A DNA stretch of 63,702 bases, the filler included, from Parasitella parasitica NRRL 2501 (taxonomy: Eukaryota; Fungi; Mucoromycota), in the NCBI GenBank assembly GCA_025201805.1. It is 8 parts of 8 records of this genome, joined end to end, with 100 filler letters (N's around TTAATTAATTAA, not from the genome) between each part and the next. Parts side by side here need not be neighbours in the genome. Positions count along the whole stretch, not along the records: positions 1 to 14,418 come from MU619281.1; 7 more parts are not named here. One strand, written 5' to 3'. Within the stretch, counting starts at the first letter, position 1. Every line of letters begins with the position of its first letter. Shown here piece after piece: positions 1 through 13,444 of this stretch. The translations under genes and the position numbers were made by a program. The notes beneath the pieces were generated by a model. It had not been told where the DNA came from and searched no databases. It saw only the letters and a program-made list of their open reading frames with translations.

Positions 1-749
1 AAGTCATATAAATCAAATCGAATTACAAATACAATTTAAGACCTTATCAATGAATGTCGTGTGAAGGAAAACACTCCTGATCAAAGTGCTTTCCCTTACA
101 CAATAGACATTCAGAATAAGAATAATAATGACAAAATATCAATTATGGCCGCTCGTCATTCAACGAGTTTTTCCCATCACTCTAGATAAGGATATCTTTA
201 ACAGAATAACTAAAGTGTGACGATAGCATAGCCATCCGAACACGGCCAGCCAATGTTACGCAAATCTCCATCAATGGTGAAGCATTCAGCATAATCTGCT
301 TCTCCTTAAAACCTAAAATTAAACAACGCATTGACTCCAGGATCAATGCTTCATTCATGAGAAGAACTGATATACAACAATTCAAATCCTATAAATACTA
401 AGATGTTTTTCTCTAGATAAAACCTCAGTATACTTTTACAATAAAGAACCCCAAACTTGATTATAATTGTTATGTCAAAAGTCTGATAAAATAAATCTGC
501 CAAGAATTACACTTTTATTCATAATACATCTCTCAATGTATTAAATACACATTCATTACACTAGGGTTCTACTGTTTAGCCGCATAATGTAAATCATGAC
601 TACCCATGATTTACTGTAAGACCATGCTGGGACTGATCTGAGATCCTGATGTGAGACCTTGCCATGTTATTGATATAACAATAATTGTAATTTCATATCG
701 CTTTTATTTTTACTTTTTTTTATTTCGTAAATCTTTCAAAGTTACTGCA
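1..749. mobile_element. LTR-type repeat (family C), cut by window start
   Basis: 1-327 is the reverse complement of 44024-44327. The end at 710-749 (...tttcgtaaatctttcaaagttactgca) is the reverse complement of 43777-43813, where the same element is TG..CA bounded with a 5-bp TSD. Confidence 0.8.
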
Positions 750-2029
750 ATATCATGAAAGGTTATGTAGGTAGTAGATAAAATCCGATTCTTTATTGAC
801 TAGATATATATGAATAAGTTCTTTTATTATCCCAAATCGTTATAATATTTCAAAAGGATTGATGTGAACTACTGGCAGTCTTTCACACATCTTATTTGAA
901 TTAGTAAGACATTTCTTTATTAAGAACCGTGTCCTTGAGAACAACATTGAACATGACAAATATCATCATTAACATTCCACATATAAAGACAATTGTACAC
1001 CTTTGTACTCCTTATAAACCACGATCGTTACTGCTTTCCCATGAAGCCTAAATTAGAGACAATCCAGTTACTGCATTAGTAACATGAAATATACAGATTA
1101 TATTTTATATAAATACACATCCAAGATCTTTCAACTTGATGGATCTTGGCTTACATTTTTTAACTTTGAATAAATATCGAAGAGTTGTAATTCTATATCC
1201 TTTCCACTTTTTTATTACATTTTTTTTATCGCAAGGATAACTGGTATTATATGAGCTTGATTCAGGAAGGTTAAGAATCTTTTGATACGAGTATTGGGCC
1301 TTATATCTCATTAACAGTCTGATTGTTTCATATTTGATAATACGAGGTAAAAGGAAATTCGTGGCGTAACATTGGAATATTAACCTTTCAACAACGAAAA
1401 GACGAGAAACTTTTTTTTTTACATCGAAGAAGTAAATGCAGATCTACAAACGTTTATTAATGCTGACGGGCATTGTCAACTTGATGGAGTACATTGACAG
1501 CATTTAACGTCGGCTAGATGGAAGGTACAGATAACTCGAACCAAATTTTCAAACGTAGTTGATTAAAGAACTGTAGATCATCTCCTAATGCTGCTTTGAT
1601 GAATCACGAAGGACGGTACCAAAAGATCCCAGGCCTTCTATATCCCCGATATTTCAGAAAAGATGTGGAATTACTGATTACAACTGATACACGTTTTGCG
1701 AGATACATAAAAAAGAACAAGACGCAGTAATTTCATAATTGATAAGATTGTTATCAATCATAAAACCGCTTATGCGATTTATGAGATAAAACGTTTTTAT
1801 TATTTCATGATGATCACCTTAATGGTGCAGGGTAATAGTCGTCCTAAAAACAAAGAAGGAAACGTTGAGAACTATAACGTTAATTATTCGGTTTTATAAA
1901 AAACATGCTTCATAGTTGCAGCAAAAGGTACTTTCCCTCCCGCCCTCCCGATCTACTTTTTCAATTATCTCTTTCTACACCGCCGTCTTCCTCTTCCTCC
2001 TCCTTTTCTTCCTTCTCTTCCTCTCCCTC

Positions 2030-2710
2030 TTAATTGTCATCTTCGCTGTTGTCTTCAACTTTGTCTTTCTCAGCACAACTTTCGACATCTTCATCTTCGT
2101 CATCCTTGTCACTATCATCTTCTACATTGCTCCAAACTACTTCTGAAATCCAGCTGGACGAGTTGAACTTCTTTATCTTCCTTGTTTCGTTTACAATTCT
2201 TTCCATTGTATCTTCATCCGCTAGTTGAGAAGTTTCATAGATTCGTTTTAGATTATCAATGAGGGTCTCCGTATTCGCAGGAGTGTTAGTATGTCAATAA
2301 ACCGCCATCTCATTTTTTTTTCTTTTTTACCTCTATCAATGCCAATCCGTCAATCATTTCTTTAAGATTATCTTTTATTTTTACAGTGGTGGTGGGGAAA
2401 CGAAAGGTTGCTATTTCTTGGAGAACGTAAATACTCTTATTACCTAAACGCAAGATAAGTACATGAACATTCAAGCCCATGATTTGGATAACTGGAAAGA
2501 GAATTTTCTTGACACTTGCAACATCCAGATAGGGAATTGTGGCGAGGAAGTTGTTGATATGACATTTGGTGGCGAGAACTGATTTGAGGCGATCGCCGTA
2601 TAATTTTGCTTTTGTAGCCTGCTTTGCTACCTCTCCGTTCATGCCGTCGACTATCACTTCTTCATGACTAAATAATACTAATCGAAGATCCAATTTGAAT
2701 TTGAGACTTT
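2030..2710 (-). pseudogene. 5'-truncated Mucorales repeat-family protein with a probable PD-(D/E)xK (CR-REase-like) nuclease fold and acidic tail
   Basis: Motif pattern KLDLR...GEVAK...KLYGDRLKSVLATK. A probable second exon (TLIDNLKRIY...WISEVVW then D/E-rich) ends at about 2030. No credible N-terminus. Confidence 0.45.
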
Positions 2711-3132
2711 TTTTGGGACAAGGATCAGAAATAGAGTCTCTCCTATTGATTGAAGCCATTTTAATGATCATAAAAAAAAGGAATACACTTATTAAGTTCT
2801 TTTGAATAAATACCAATGGAGGACGACAGAGGGGGAGCTAAAAAAAAGTCTCTAACACAGGACCCCAAAATTTTATTTGGAGGTCCATTTCCGTATAATT
2901 TGCTCTTGCTTCTTTACTAAGCATCCAAGTTTTTTCTGCGTGTATTCTCAAACTGCATACACAATGATAATTAGTAAAGTTCTATTTAATGAAATGTAGA
3001 CATAACTTACACGTGCTCGTATATTTTCTTGATATTTTTACTTTTGAGTTCTATAGTTGTGTGTCGTTCCTAACACAATTGTGGTTGCCTCCACTCCGAC
3101 ATCGGGTGTGGTTATAGGCTCTCAAGCCACGC

Positions 3133-3544
3133 TGATCTGCCATAATTATAGACAGGAGATCATGGCAATGTACTTCAATTGAAGATTGAAGATTGTCCAA
3201 TGATGTGATGTGATACGCTTGTGTAAATTGGAGAATAAAGTCTCTGTTTCAAATCAAGAAGGTTATTCCTGTAAGTAACACAGATCTGAGCACCAGGATA
3301 AAGGTTAAGGCTCTGTCAGATCAAAGACATGTAGCCCTTGTTGTATAACCTCATATCGTACCCTGTCAAGTAGATTGTCACTGTGAATTAGTCTTGTCAA
3401 TTAGTAATCTAAATAAGTCACCATAAATTTATGTAGTTGTAAAAAGTATAAATGGCAGATGCAATTTCGATCTTAAATAAAGAAGTATCTTTAAGTTTTC
3501 GTATCTCGTTAACATTTGGTTTTTATTATCTTTTTAATCCAACA
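3133..3544 (+). mobile_element. LTR-like repeat family A, copy 1
   Basis: TGATCTGCC...AACA. Inverted homolog at 4187-4620 and a partial homolog at 57742-57835. Confidence 0.75.
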
Positions 3545-4186
3545 ACGCCAACTGATAGAACAAGACGACTTTGCAGTCAAAATCGACTTATAAAAGGATG
3601 CCTACGTAGTGGTACCTATCCACACGGAATCGAGGAAGTACTTGTCATTCGAACACAGAGGTATTGTATACCGTTATTCATCACTAGTGTTTGGGATGAG
3701 TTCCTCCCCTCTTGTCTTCGCCAAATTGACTCGGTTTGCCTTAGAATCGCTTCGCCAGAAGGGTATCCGAATGGCAAACTACTTGGATGACACGTGCATT
3801 CTGGGCAAGACGAAGGCCGCATGTCAATCCTATGCGGAACAAGTAGTGAAACATTTACAAATTTTAGGATTCATCATCAACTTCGAGAAGAGCAATCTGA
3901 CCGCTGCTCACATCCAAGACTTCTTGGGTTTCAGTTCAACACCAAGAAGATGAAGATCAGTGTGCCGCAGAAGAAGATGAACAACCTGTTCTCGCGTATC
4001 AAACAGGTCCGGAACTCGACGAAGAGGCGATCATGTCGCTGGATTGCAGGCCTACTTGGCAAGTTGACGGCGATGCTTCCCGCCATAGGAGAAGCTTTAC
4101 TCCATTTGCGCTTCTTACAAAGGCATTTGGCCAGAAGCCTTCGTTATCTACATTTCGATTCGGAAGGAGAGTGCGTTCTTTCTCAA
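3545..4186 (+). pseudogene. DIRS reverse transcriptase fragment
   Basis: KIDL*KDAYVVVPIH, LVFGMSSSPLVFAK, NYLDD and GFIINFEKS motifs. In-frame stop and a frameshift near 3930. Confidence 0.9.
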
Positions 4187-4620
4187 TGTTGAGGTCTGCA
4201 AGATCGAAATAAGAAAAGTATAATATAAAACATTGAATTAACGAGATACGAAAACTTGAGATTACTTTATTAAAGATTAAACTTGCATCTGCTATTTATA
4301 CTTTTTACAACAACATAAATTTTTGGTGACTTATTTAAAATACTAGTCGATACTAATCGATAAGAATAATTTGCAAGCAACATCATATCCTTAACAGGGT
4401 ACGACGTATTATTATACTACAAGGTTATTGATCTTTGATCTGACAGTATCTTATTGTTTGTCAATAATACAGATCTGTGTTACAGAAGATAACCTTCCTG
4501 ATTTGAAACAAATACTTTATTCTCCTGTTTCGACAAGTATAACAACACATCATTGGACAATCTCCAATCTTTAATTGAAGTACACTATCATGATCTCCTA
4601 ACCTACATTATGGCAGATCA
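4187..4620 (-). mobile_element. LTR-like repeat family A, copy 2 (inverted)
   Basis: 4546-4620 matches the reverse complement of 3133-3207, and the similarity continues to the TGTT end at 4187. Confidence 0.75.
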
Positions 4621-6228
4621 ATATTTGTTGTCAAAAAAGTCAGATTCCTACTCGCACCTGAACTCCAGCCGATCGGCAATCGCATCAGTGTTCAAGATCA
4701 TTTACCCACAACGGCCGCCTTTAGCATCGAATCAGCTTATCATCGATTTCTTCAGCGCTAAGAAGAGAAGTGCGCCTTCTTTGCCAAACGTGCGTCAAGA
4801 GACGTTTGATATAGCTATTATCAATGCTCATGTCCGTTCTTTGGGAAAGACTGAAGATCTTTCTTTTGCCTGTTTACAGCAAAAGGCCCTGTATCTTCTA
4901 ACCATCGCAACTATGTGGCAGCCTCGATCGGATATAGGAACACTGCAATTTCGCGATATCACATTCAACAAGAAAGGCGAATCACTCTTGGGGCTCACCA
5001 TTATCAGTCGAACTCCCAAAGAAATCATTCCCAAGAGCTCGAAACTAGGGACTATTGAAGACGTCGAATGCTGCCCGATACACACATTGTTTGCCTTTCT
5101 CGCCAAGTCTAGGGCCTGGCGCTCTGACCTCCCAGACGACTACACCTTGTTCTTGGCCAATCTTGGAACCTCAGGGAGCGTCCGCTCCATTCGTCCATCT
5201 ACTGCAGCTTCTTGGTTGACAACCATAATGCAGGACGCGGGAGTGGATACCACAGTATTCAAGGCGCACTCGCTAAGGTCGGCGTCCAGCATGTAATGAA
5301 ATGACACCTTTTATATGGCACCACAATTACATTAAAATAAAATCCAGATGGATCATGGCTGATCCATCCAAGAAAGAAATACATGAAAAGCACAAGTAAA
5401 CATTAACAAGTGTTGGTAGAGGCTTGCACTCCTGATCAAAGTACAATCTCCTACAACCCTGGCACATGCTAATGTTGAACAACGCTACTCATAATCACAA
5501 ATAAACAAATTCTAAATATGTATAAACAATGCAATTGTTAAAACAATTGCAATAATTCTAGATGCCAGAAATGGCTTGTTTATTACACAATAAGGAAAGC
5601 TCAGTCGCATTAGAAATAATCAGGATCCTCAAATATTACAATCCTGCCCAAAACCATAGTATCAATTTCAATACTAACATATTGAAATCTCAACTACAAT
5701 ACAAGTGAGAGAATGTCAACAAAAGTCATTCTTCAAATAAGCTGTAAAATAAGCATTCTCACTGTAGTGAGGCAATTTTACAAGTAGTATAAATACAAGC
5801 TCTCTTAAAGAGCATGTATCTTTTCTTCAGTTTTCTTTTAATCGAAAATAAAGGTGGAAAGACTATAATTGTATTTCTCTGGCTTTATTTTTTTATTTTT
5901 TTTATTTTCACATAAAATTGATCCCAATTTTATTGCACAGCACAAAGGCCGTCGAAAAGGGCATCTCGATCAAAAGGTCAAGGAACACGCCAACTGGTCG
6001 TTGTCAGCGAATACATTTGAGAAGTACTATTGCAAACCTACTAACCAGCATGCGCGTGAGTCTGATATTTCAAGGCAACTCTTTGATGAGGCTATCGAGA
6101 AGGGAACCACATCCGATGTCGGAGTGGAGGCAACCACAATTGTGTTAGGAACGACGCACAATGATGGTTCTGTTGCCGGAACGTCGAAGACTGAGGATGT
6201 GGTGGGGTGCCGCCGCAGAAAATTTTAG
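4621..6228 (+). pseudogene. DIRS tyrosine recombinase, interrupted by a solo LTR
   Basis: WQPRSDIG, TPKE, CPIHTL and HSLRSASS, resuming after the insertion as TKAVEKG..(frameshift)KEHANWS..TFEKYY. Confidence 0.88.
5292..5937. mobile_element. Solo LTR (family D) with CAGCA TSD
   Basis: TGTAAT...ATTGCA termini flanked by cagca at 5287-5291 and 5938-5942. Removing it restores the YR frame. Its end also appears inverted at 58832-58885. Confidence 0.9.
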
Positions 6229-6461
6229 AATGCCTTCACATTTTTTAATAGATAGATATGATATTTTCCCTCCCTTCGCCACCACTCTCATCAAAAGAGT
6301 TGGTGCTAGCTTCAAGGTATAAAGGGAACAGGATAAACTTTAAATTTTATTATATATTGAAAATAAAGCGTGGCTTGAGAGCCTATAACCACATCCTCAG
6401 TCTTCGTTTCGGCAACAGAACCATTTATTTTTGCTTTACATTCAAATAAAACTATATTCAA

Positions 6462-7824
6462 ATGTCTAATCTCCGCTATTACAACGGTGATGAGATGTAT
6501 ACGGACGAAAACGGAATGGAGGTTGTAGAGTACCACATGGAAGTTGACGATGAGCAATACCCTCTTACAACCTTGACCACTTTCACCTCCTATATGGACC
6601 TCAAACCTCCAGAGAAATCAAAAAAGCCCCTACCAACTCCAGCTAAAAAGGATAACTCCAGCAGCAAGTGTGAAACCAACCCTGAAAAAGAACAGAGCTT
6701 AACCTACCGGAAATACAAGAAAGGGGACATGGAGAAGTTTTATTTTTTGGTGCTAGAGAAAGGTATTATGTTTATTCGTGCTGCTGCCAAGGAGTTGAAT
6801 CTACCCGCCACTACTGCCCAGAGCTGGTACAAAAGAGGGATGGAAAGCTTGGAAAATGGCGAGGATTTATGTCTAAGAAAGTCTGAAAGTGGCAAGCCTG
6901 TTGGAAGACCTCCAAAACTGAGCACTGAACATAAAGACTACCTTGTTCAAATCATTGACGAGAAACCTAGTATTGTATTGGATGAAATGATGGAGAAACT
7001 TACTAGTGAGTTCGAGAGTCTCGATATTTCAAGATCTAACCTACACAAATTCATTACCACCAAGTGCAGCATATCGCTGAAAAGAGCTCACTTTCAACCA
7101 GAGGAACGTAATTGTGAAGATAAGATCGAAGAAAGATTTCGATGGGTTACTGAGCTTTTGAAAACTGATGTAGACTATCTGTCCAATTGTGTTTTTATTG
7201 ATGAGTCTGGTTTTAATATCAATTTAAAGCGTAATATGGCGTCGGCACCTGTAGGGGAAACACCAATAGTGAAGACTCCCAAGACAAAGGCAAAATCACA
7301 TACCATAATTGGTGCCATATCAGCTTTTGGTGTAGTAAATAAACAGTTGAAAGTTCCCAAGATCATCCCTCCAGTACCTTCAAAAAAAAAAAAGAAAAGG
7401 ACCTGGTGGAACTCCTAAAAAGCTTGAGAAAGAGAAGGGAAGAGGAGGAACTGTTACAGGCCACTATTTCAATTTTGTTGCTGAAACAGTTAGGATCATC
7501 ATGAACCAGTACGAAGAGTTTAAAGGCTTTTATTTAATAATGGATAACTGCCCATTCCACAATCATGGCGACATTAGAAAATATATAGAAGCTCATGGCT
7601 ACGGTTGCATTTATCTGCCACACTATTCACCTGAACTCGATCTAATTGAGCAGTTTTGGTCAGTATGTAAAAGCAAAGTAAAGAGAGAAGCACTGTTGAA
7701 AGAAGGAACATTGTCTTCTAGAATCAGAGACGCTTGCAACCATGTGCTTCAAAATGATCTACAAGGCTTTTGTAGATACTCTGTAGCTAGATTTGATGAT
7801 TGTTTAAACAGAAAATCATTATAA
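6462..7824 (+). mobile_element. Tc1/mariner-IS630 (DDE_3) transposase, split by a frameshift in an A-run
   Basis: HTH region with GRPPKL, then FIDESGF, IMDNCPFH and YLPHYSPELDLIEQFWS. The frame switches at poly-A 7382-7393 into GTVTGHYFNF. Confidence 0.9.
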
Positions 7825-8179
7825 TAAATGCACGAATATTTATTTTGGTTAGTGCACGATTTTTTATTTTTCAGGTGCACGAAGCCATTTCGCCCGACTT
7901 TTAACATTTTTTTTTTTTCTATTTTTTTAGATGAAATATCAAATAAAATGCATGACAATGCAACTTCTGTCTTTGCTAGTTTTCTTTTGTGTATCTTAAA
8001 CTTATTAGTTTTAATTTGATTCATGAAACGGTGTACCATGATAGTATAATGCTGACTTGGAGCCATCAATTGATGAAAATTGAATATTAAACAAGATAAC
8101 AATACGCTTTATTATTCATTTTTTTGAGCATACTCTGTTATATTTTGTGTGCATTGTTATAATTTATTTCATTGAAGAT

Positions 8180-9390
8180 TCAGGGAAGTGAAGGCAGCCA
8201 GAAGTCCAATCCTCGAGCGCCAGTAACAGCCATTGCATTGGAAGGATTATAGCCTACAATTTTTATCGCAGTTTTATGTGGAGTTGGCAAGGTGGCCAAT
8301 GGTTGATTGTCCATAACAGCATCTTGTTGATTTAGGTCCCATATGCGCAAATGTGAATCTCGACCACCTGCCATGACAAATTGTGCGTCAGGCGTAATAC
8401 ACACTTCTTCGCCGCAAGAAGAAGTATCATCTGTTCCTGAATGACCGACTAAGCGTTGGAGTAATTTCCCATCAAAAGCATCTAAGATATATATAATGTC
8501 TGCGGTGGTTGTTACAACTAATTGTTTGCCGTCAGGGGTGAACTTTAGGCTGGTCCATTCCGGTAAACGTCCAGGTGTATATTGAGCATCTTCGACAGCC
8601 CAAGTTGCAAAAGGACCCTTTGTATAGTCTCTCAAATCATAAACTCGAATTTTATCGCAATTGTTACCTACTGCAAACACTAGACCCTGCGGATCAAATG
8701 CGGCTAATGTTTTGCCTTCTCCATGTAATACACCCTACTGGCAAGTTAGATTTTTTAGAATTTTGTACAAATAATCAGCATTACCTGACATGTTGATGAC
8801 CTTAAATCCCATAATCGTACAGTTTGATCTAGTGAAGAGGTCATGACAGTATCGTCAATTGGAGACATTTCGACTGCAATTACTCTACGTAACTACTGCT
8901 TAGATTACGTGGGGTTTTCTACGCCAAATCCAAGTATACCTTTTCTTGTGTCCTTCAAAGTAGCGTATATATTTATTGTCGTGAACAGATAGGTATCTCA
9001 ATGTATCTACACTTCACGTCAGCATGAGTGCAAATTGATTTCGTGTATGTAATTTGCTACCGTTTTCTTTTGTCGATGCATAAATAAGATTATTTTTATG
9101 ATGAGTAAAGCGAGCAAGAGTGACACCGTACTTTTTCGAATAAAGAGTAGAACTTACACTATAGAATCATCAATATTTAGATCAAAACACTATGACAAGC
9201 TTTTGACTTACGTTCCCTCTTTACAGTTGTAAAGATTTAGGCTATCGTCTTCACCTGCGGTAACACAGTAGTCTCCTGTATCATTGAATGAGATAGAACT
9301 TATGGGCCGATCACTTTCTGGGAATACTTTTGCCACCTTGCTACATCTGAGTAAATCCCTTGATAACTCTACCTTTCTGCCAGCTGCCAT
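8180..9390 (-). CDS. SWD2: WD40 protein Swd2/WDR82 (COMPASS subunit), multi-exon
   Basis: Exons encode [51 protein letters not shown] and [11 protein letters not shown]. Confidence 0.88.
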
Positions 9391-9564
9391 AGTGTAATGT
9401 AAAGAAACAGCGTAAAATTTTGATTGAATCATGTTAGTTTGTCCGTGACCGTAAGATGCCTATTGGATAGCATTGGCTGTCGCGTATTAACCATAAAATA
9501 TTTTAAAGCATTTATTCTCTTTCTTTGCTTTTTTCAATTATCATTTTTTTCTTACATATATATC

Positions 9565-10324
<760 letters not shown>

Positions 10325-10494
10325 TGATTCATGTCGACAGTTCAATGTGTATACTTGCGTGAGTTTCTAGTATGTAATTTTTTTTTATACAAGTTATATT
10401 GATAAAAATTATCGATTTTATTGTTACTGTAAAATTGGAGTGATTTTAGAATAGTTGGATTCATTGTGTTTTGTAATTAATAGTAATTTTGTGG

Positions 10495-11616
10495 TTAGAC
10501 TCTTGGCTTGAAACTATTAGCGTTCTCTTTAAAGAATTTTTGAATAGATTCACAATGCGAGTGGATGAGCATAGATGTGTGAGGGACAGAGATACTGCCG
10601 GATGTTTGCTGCACCCAATCAAAATAATCAAGGTAGGTCTGAATTTGTTTGTCTAACCAAAAAAGTCGTCAGTAAATATGCAAAAGTTAAGCTCTTTCTC
10701 TCCTGTACCTGTCGGGTTCGCATATGCTTTATCTCGATAGCTATTGCTTTCATATGTATCATGGTAAATTTGAGACATTTCTTGCTTTAGTCTAGCGTCG
10801 AACCATACGTCTTTACTGAGCCCGCTCATGTAATAACTAAGGTCCATAAGGCGGCCATGACAAAATTTGAAGTCCTTGAATCCTGTTGACCAAGATAATA
10901 ATTCGATTATACGTTGAGCATTCATCATTTCGGGACCTGTTAGCGTGTAGACTTGTCCATCATGTTTATCATCCAATTGCTTGTATGTATGACTAGCTGG
11001 ATCTATTAATAATTCTTGGATTACTTTGCACACATCTGTAATATCAATTGGACAGATTTCTGTATCTTGAGTCAATGGTAATATGATTTGGCGGTGTTTC
11101 TCCACATAATTTGACCACAAATGGAAGTATTGTTGTACAAAATCAAGCCTAAGTTAATCAGTTGTCATTACAATCTTCTTCTTTTTTTTAGCATGGCATT
11201 AAAACGTACCTGAGAATTGTATATTGACATGTAGTTTGTATGACTTGCTGTTCGATCTGATGAAAATCTTGTAAGGATGAATGAATTTGGGAAACGGCAC
11301 CAACATGAGAGATACAAATGATGCTAGAAACACCCGATTGAGCAGCTACTGTGCAAATATGTTTAGCATGCTCTACACGCTTGTTTTCATTCCCAATAGC
11401 AAGCACAATGTGATCTACTCCTCGCAATGCAAGCGAAAGCTGATTTGGATGACCATAATCTACTTCTCTTACATCAATCCCAGCATTGGCGAAACCATGG
11501 CAACGAGATTTGTTTTGGCAGAGAGCCCGTAGTTGAGGTCTTAGTTCTTTGAACTGTGCAAGATGAGAAGTTACGGCATAACCCATATACTGATCTGCGC
11601 TTGTGATTAATAGCAT
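10495..11616 (-). CDS. NmrA-like NAD(P)-binding Rossmann-fold protein, multi-exon
   Basis: MLLITSADQYMG, ALRGVDHIVL, HQIEQQV..YTILR and HDGQVYTLTGPE. Confidence 0.75.
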
Positions 11617-12778
11617 AATGTTTTTTTCTTGATATCGTTTGTTTGTTTGTTTATCCGACTTGTGATATGTATCTATCAGAAGAAAGCTTCTTTTTTTGTT
11701 TTGTTGAGTGTCCCAAAAGATTTGATTCTAAAATAAATATCTATAGCAGTTTTTGAAACTCGAAAGAAAAAGAACCTTTTGATTAAGACAATTTAACGTT
11801 GCTATTTATCTATGTTTTAGCATTTGCCTGTTTTACATGCAATTCTTATTTGTTTGCTCGGAGAAAATTTGAATATGACGATGCTGCCTACATGAGTAGA
11901 ACTTGATCTCAATCAATTGGATAGTTCGATCCAGTGTGGAAAATGCAAGAGTCGTTTAATAATAAGAGTGTCCTTTTGAAGCAAGAAAAACAAGTATTGA
12001 TCCTAAAGCATTTATTAGCCAACTTCAATCATTTATCGTGTATCTAAGAGTCTTTAGCCATCAAAACTGAAAGCTGTACATTGACATCAACAATTGAATC
12101 AGTCTCAATACGGGAATAAAAAAAAAGGTGTAGTTCCTCGGTTCATACATCGACACTCACATTAATATAAAATTACTTGTATGAGTGTATTTATTATGTA
12201 AAATATGGTTAAAATATAAACATTAGACATCATCTGCTCAATGTACTGTAAATCGATTGGCCTTTTTGTTAGCATCAAGTTTACAAATCAATTTTTTCTT
12301 TTAAAAAACATTGCGGCTAGATCAGCGAAATGTTCCTTGAAATTTAATATTTGCCAATGACGGCCAAGGATCGACCACACATGATATGATATAGTTAAAA
12401 CCAAGCAAACTCACCGAGTTTGTTTGTTTCGTTCACCCTAAACGAAAGTGAGACAGTGAATACATACCAATCAAAGCTCTTTGCGAGCCACGGTAATCAC
12501 TGATCCGATCTTGGTTTTTTTATTTGAAAGGGGGAAGAGAGCCATCCATGAGTTTTTTTTTTATTGTTGTTATTTTACCTGGAAAATGCAGAGAGGCTGA
12601 AGCTAAAGTTGACATTGCTGCTACTATTGTTTTCTGTTAATTTTTATTGCTTGCTCTGGGTAGATAGTTGCCTGAGCAGTTAGCTACAGTTGCATCGCAA
12701 GAATAAATTACTTTGAATCCTGCATTTAGTGTTTCAAGTTTAGTCATCCAAAAACCAGAAAGAAACTGAAGTTGTTAC

Positions 12779-12804
12779 AAAAAAAAAAAAAAAAAAAGCT
12801 GATG

Positions 12805-12838
<34 letters not shown>
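12779..12838. repeat. Double poly(A) tract
   Basis: Two long A-runs separated by gctgatg. Confidence 0.8.
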
Positions 12839-12840
<2 letters not shown>

Positions 12841-13444
12841 AAAGTAAGGGTATTAAATATCGCGCAGAAATGGATTCAAATTTCATGACAGAAAGTATCT
12901 CATTTTGGGCTCGAAATCACCAACATGATCAAGAGTATAAATCAAATATAAAACAGGATTCCAATGTGTCACTTTGTCGGTATAACCACGCAATCTGGAT
13001 AATGTTTATTGGGTTAATGCGAATAGTGATAGCGCATTAAAAGTCTGGCTGGCTGACGCTGATGGTCTCCATAGAGAGATAAATAAAGACACTAAATAAA
13101 GCCATGTGTTGACTGATTGCTATATTTGTCACTCGTAAGAATTTCGAACCAAAACATATCTACCCAATTCATTGTTTTGAATTGGTATATCTCAGGAGCT
13201 ATTTCAACTCGATAGAATACCGTGAAAGAAGCGACCAACTCTCACGATTTAAAAACGATGCTGGAATTAGAAAAGCAGTGCTTTTCAATCTTGCCTGCAC
13301 GAGTATTACATGTTGTGCCGTCGTAATTATTTTTGCTCACACACTGATGACACTTTTAAATCATGCACCAGCTCTATCCAATGTCAATCATCACATATTT
13401 CGCTCAATATTTTTCAGAGAGAAAGAGAATAACTTTGAATTATG

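Larger units (their letters stand above)
3057..6424 (+). mobile_element. Degenerate DIRS-1-type tyrosine-recombinase retrotransposon
   Basis: Contains RT and YR remnants. Inverted terminal repeat: 3108-3132 vs 6368-6392. Internal complementary region 6105-6203 is complementary to both the left terminus (3057-3113) and the right terminus (6388-6424). Confidence 0.9.

Noticed and set aside
12480-12840. Poly(A) tracts as the end of a LINE
   Set aside because: No recognisable RT/endonuclease remnant or TSD nearby.
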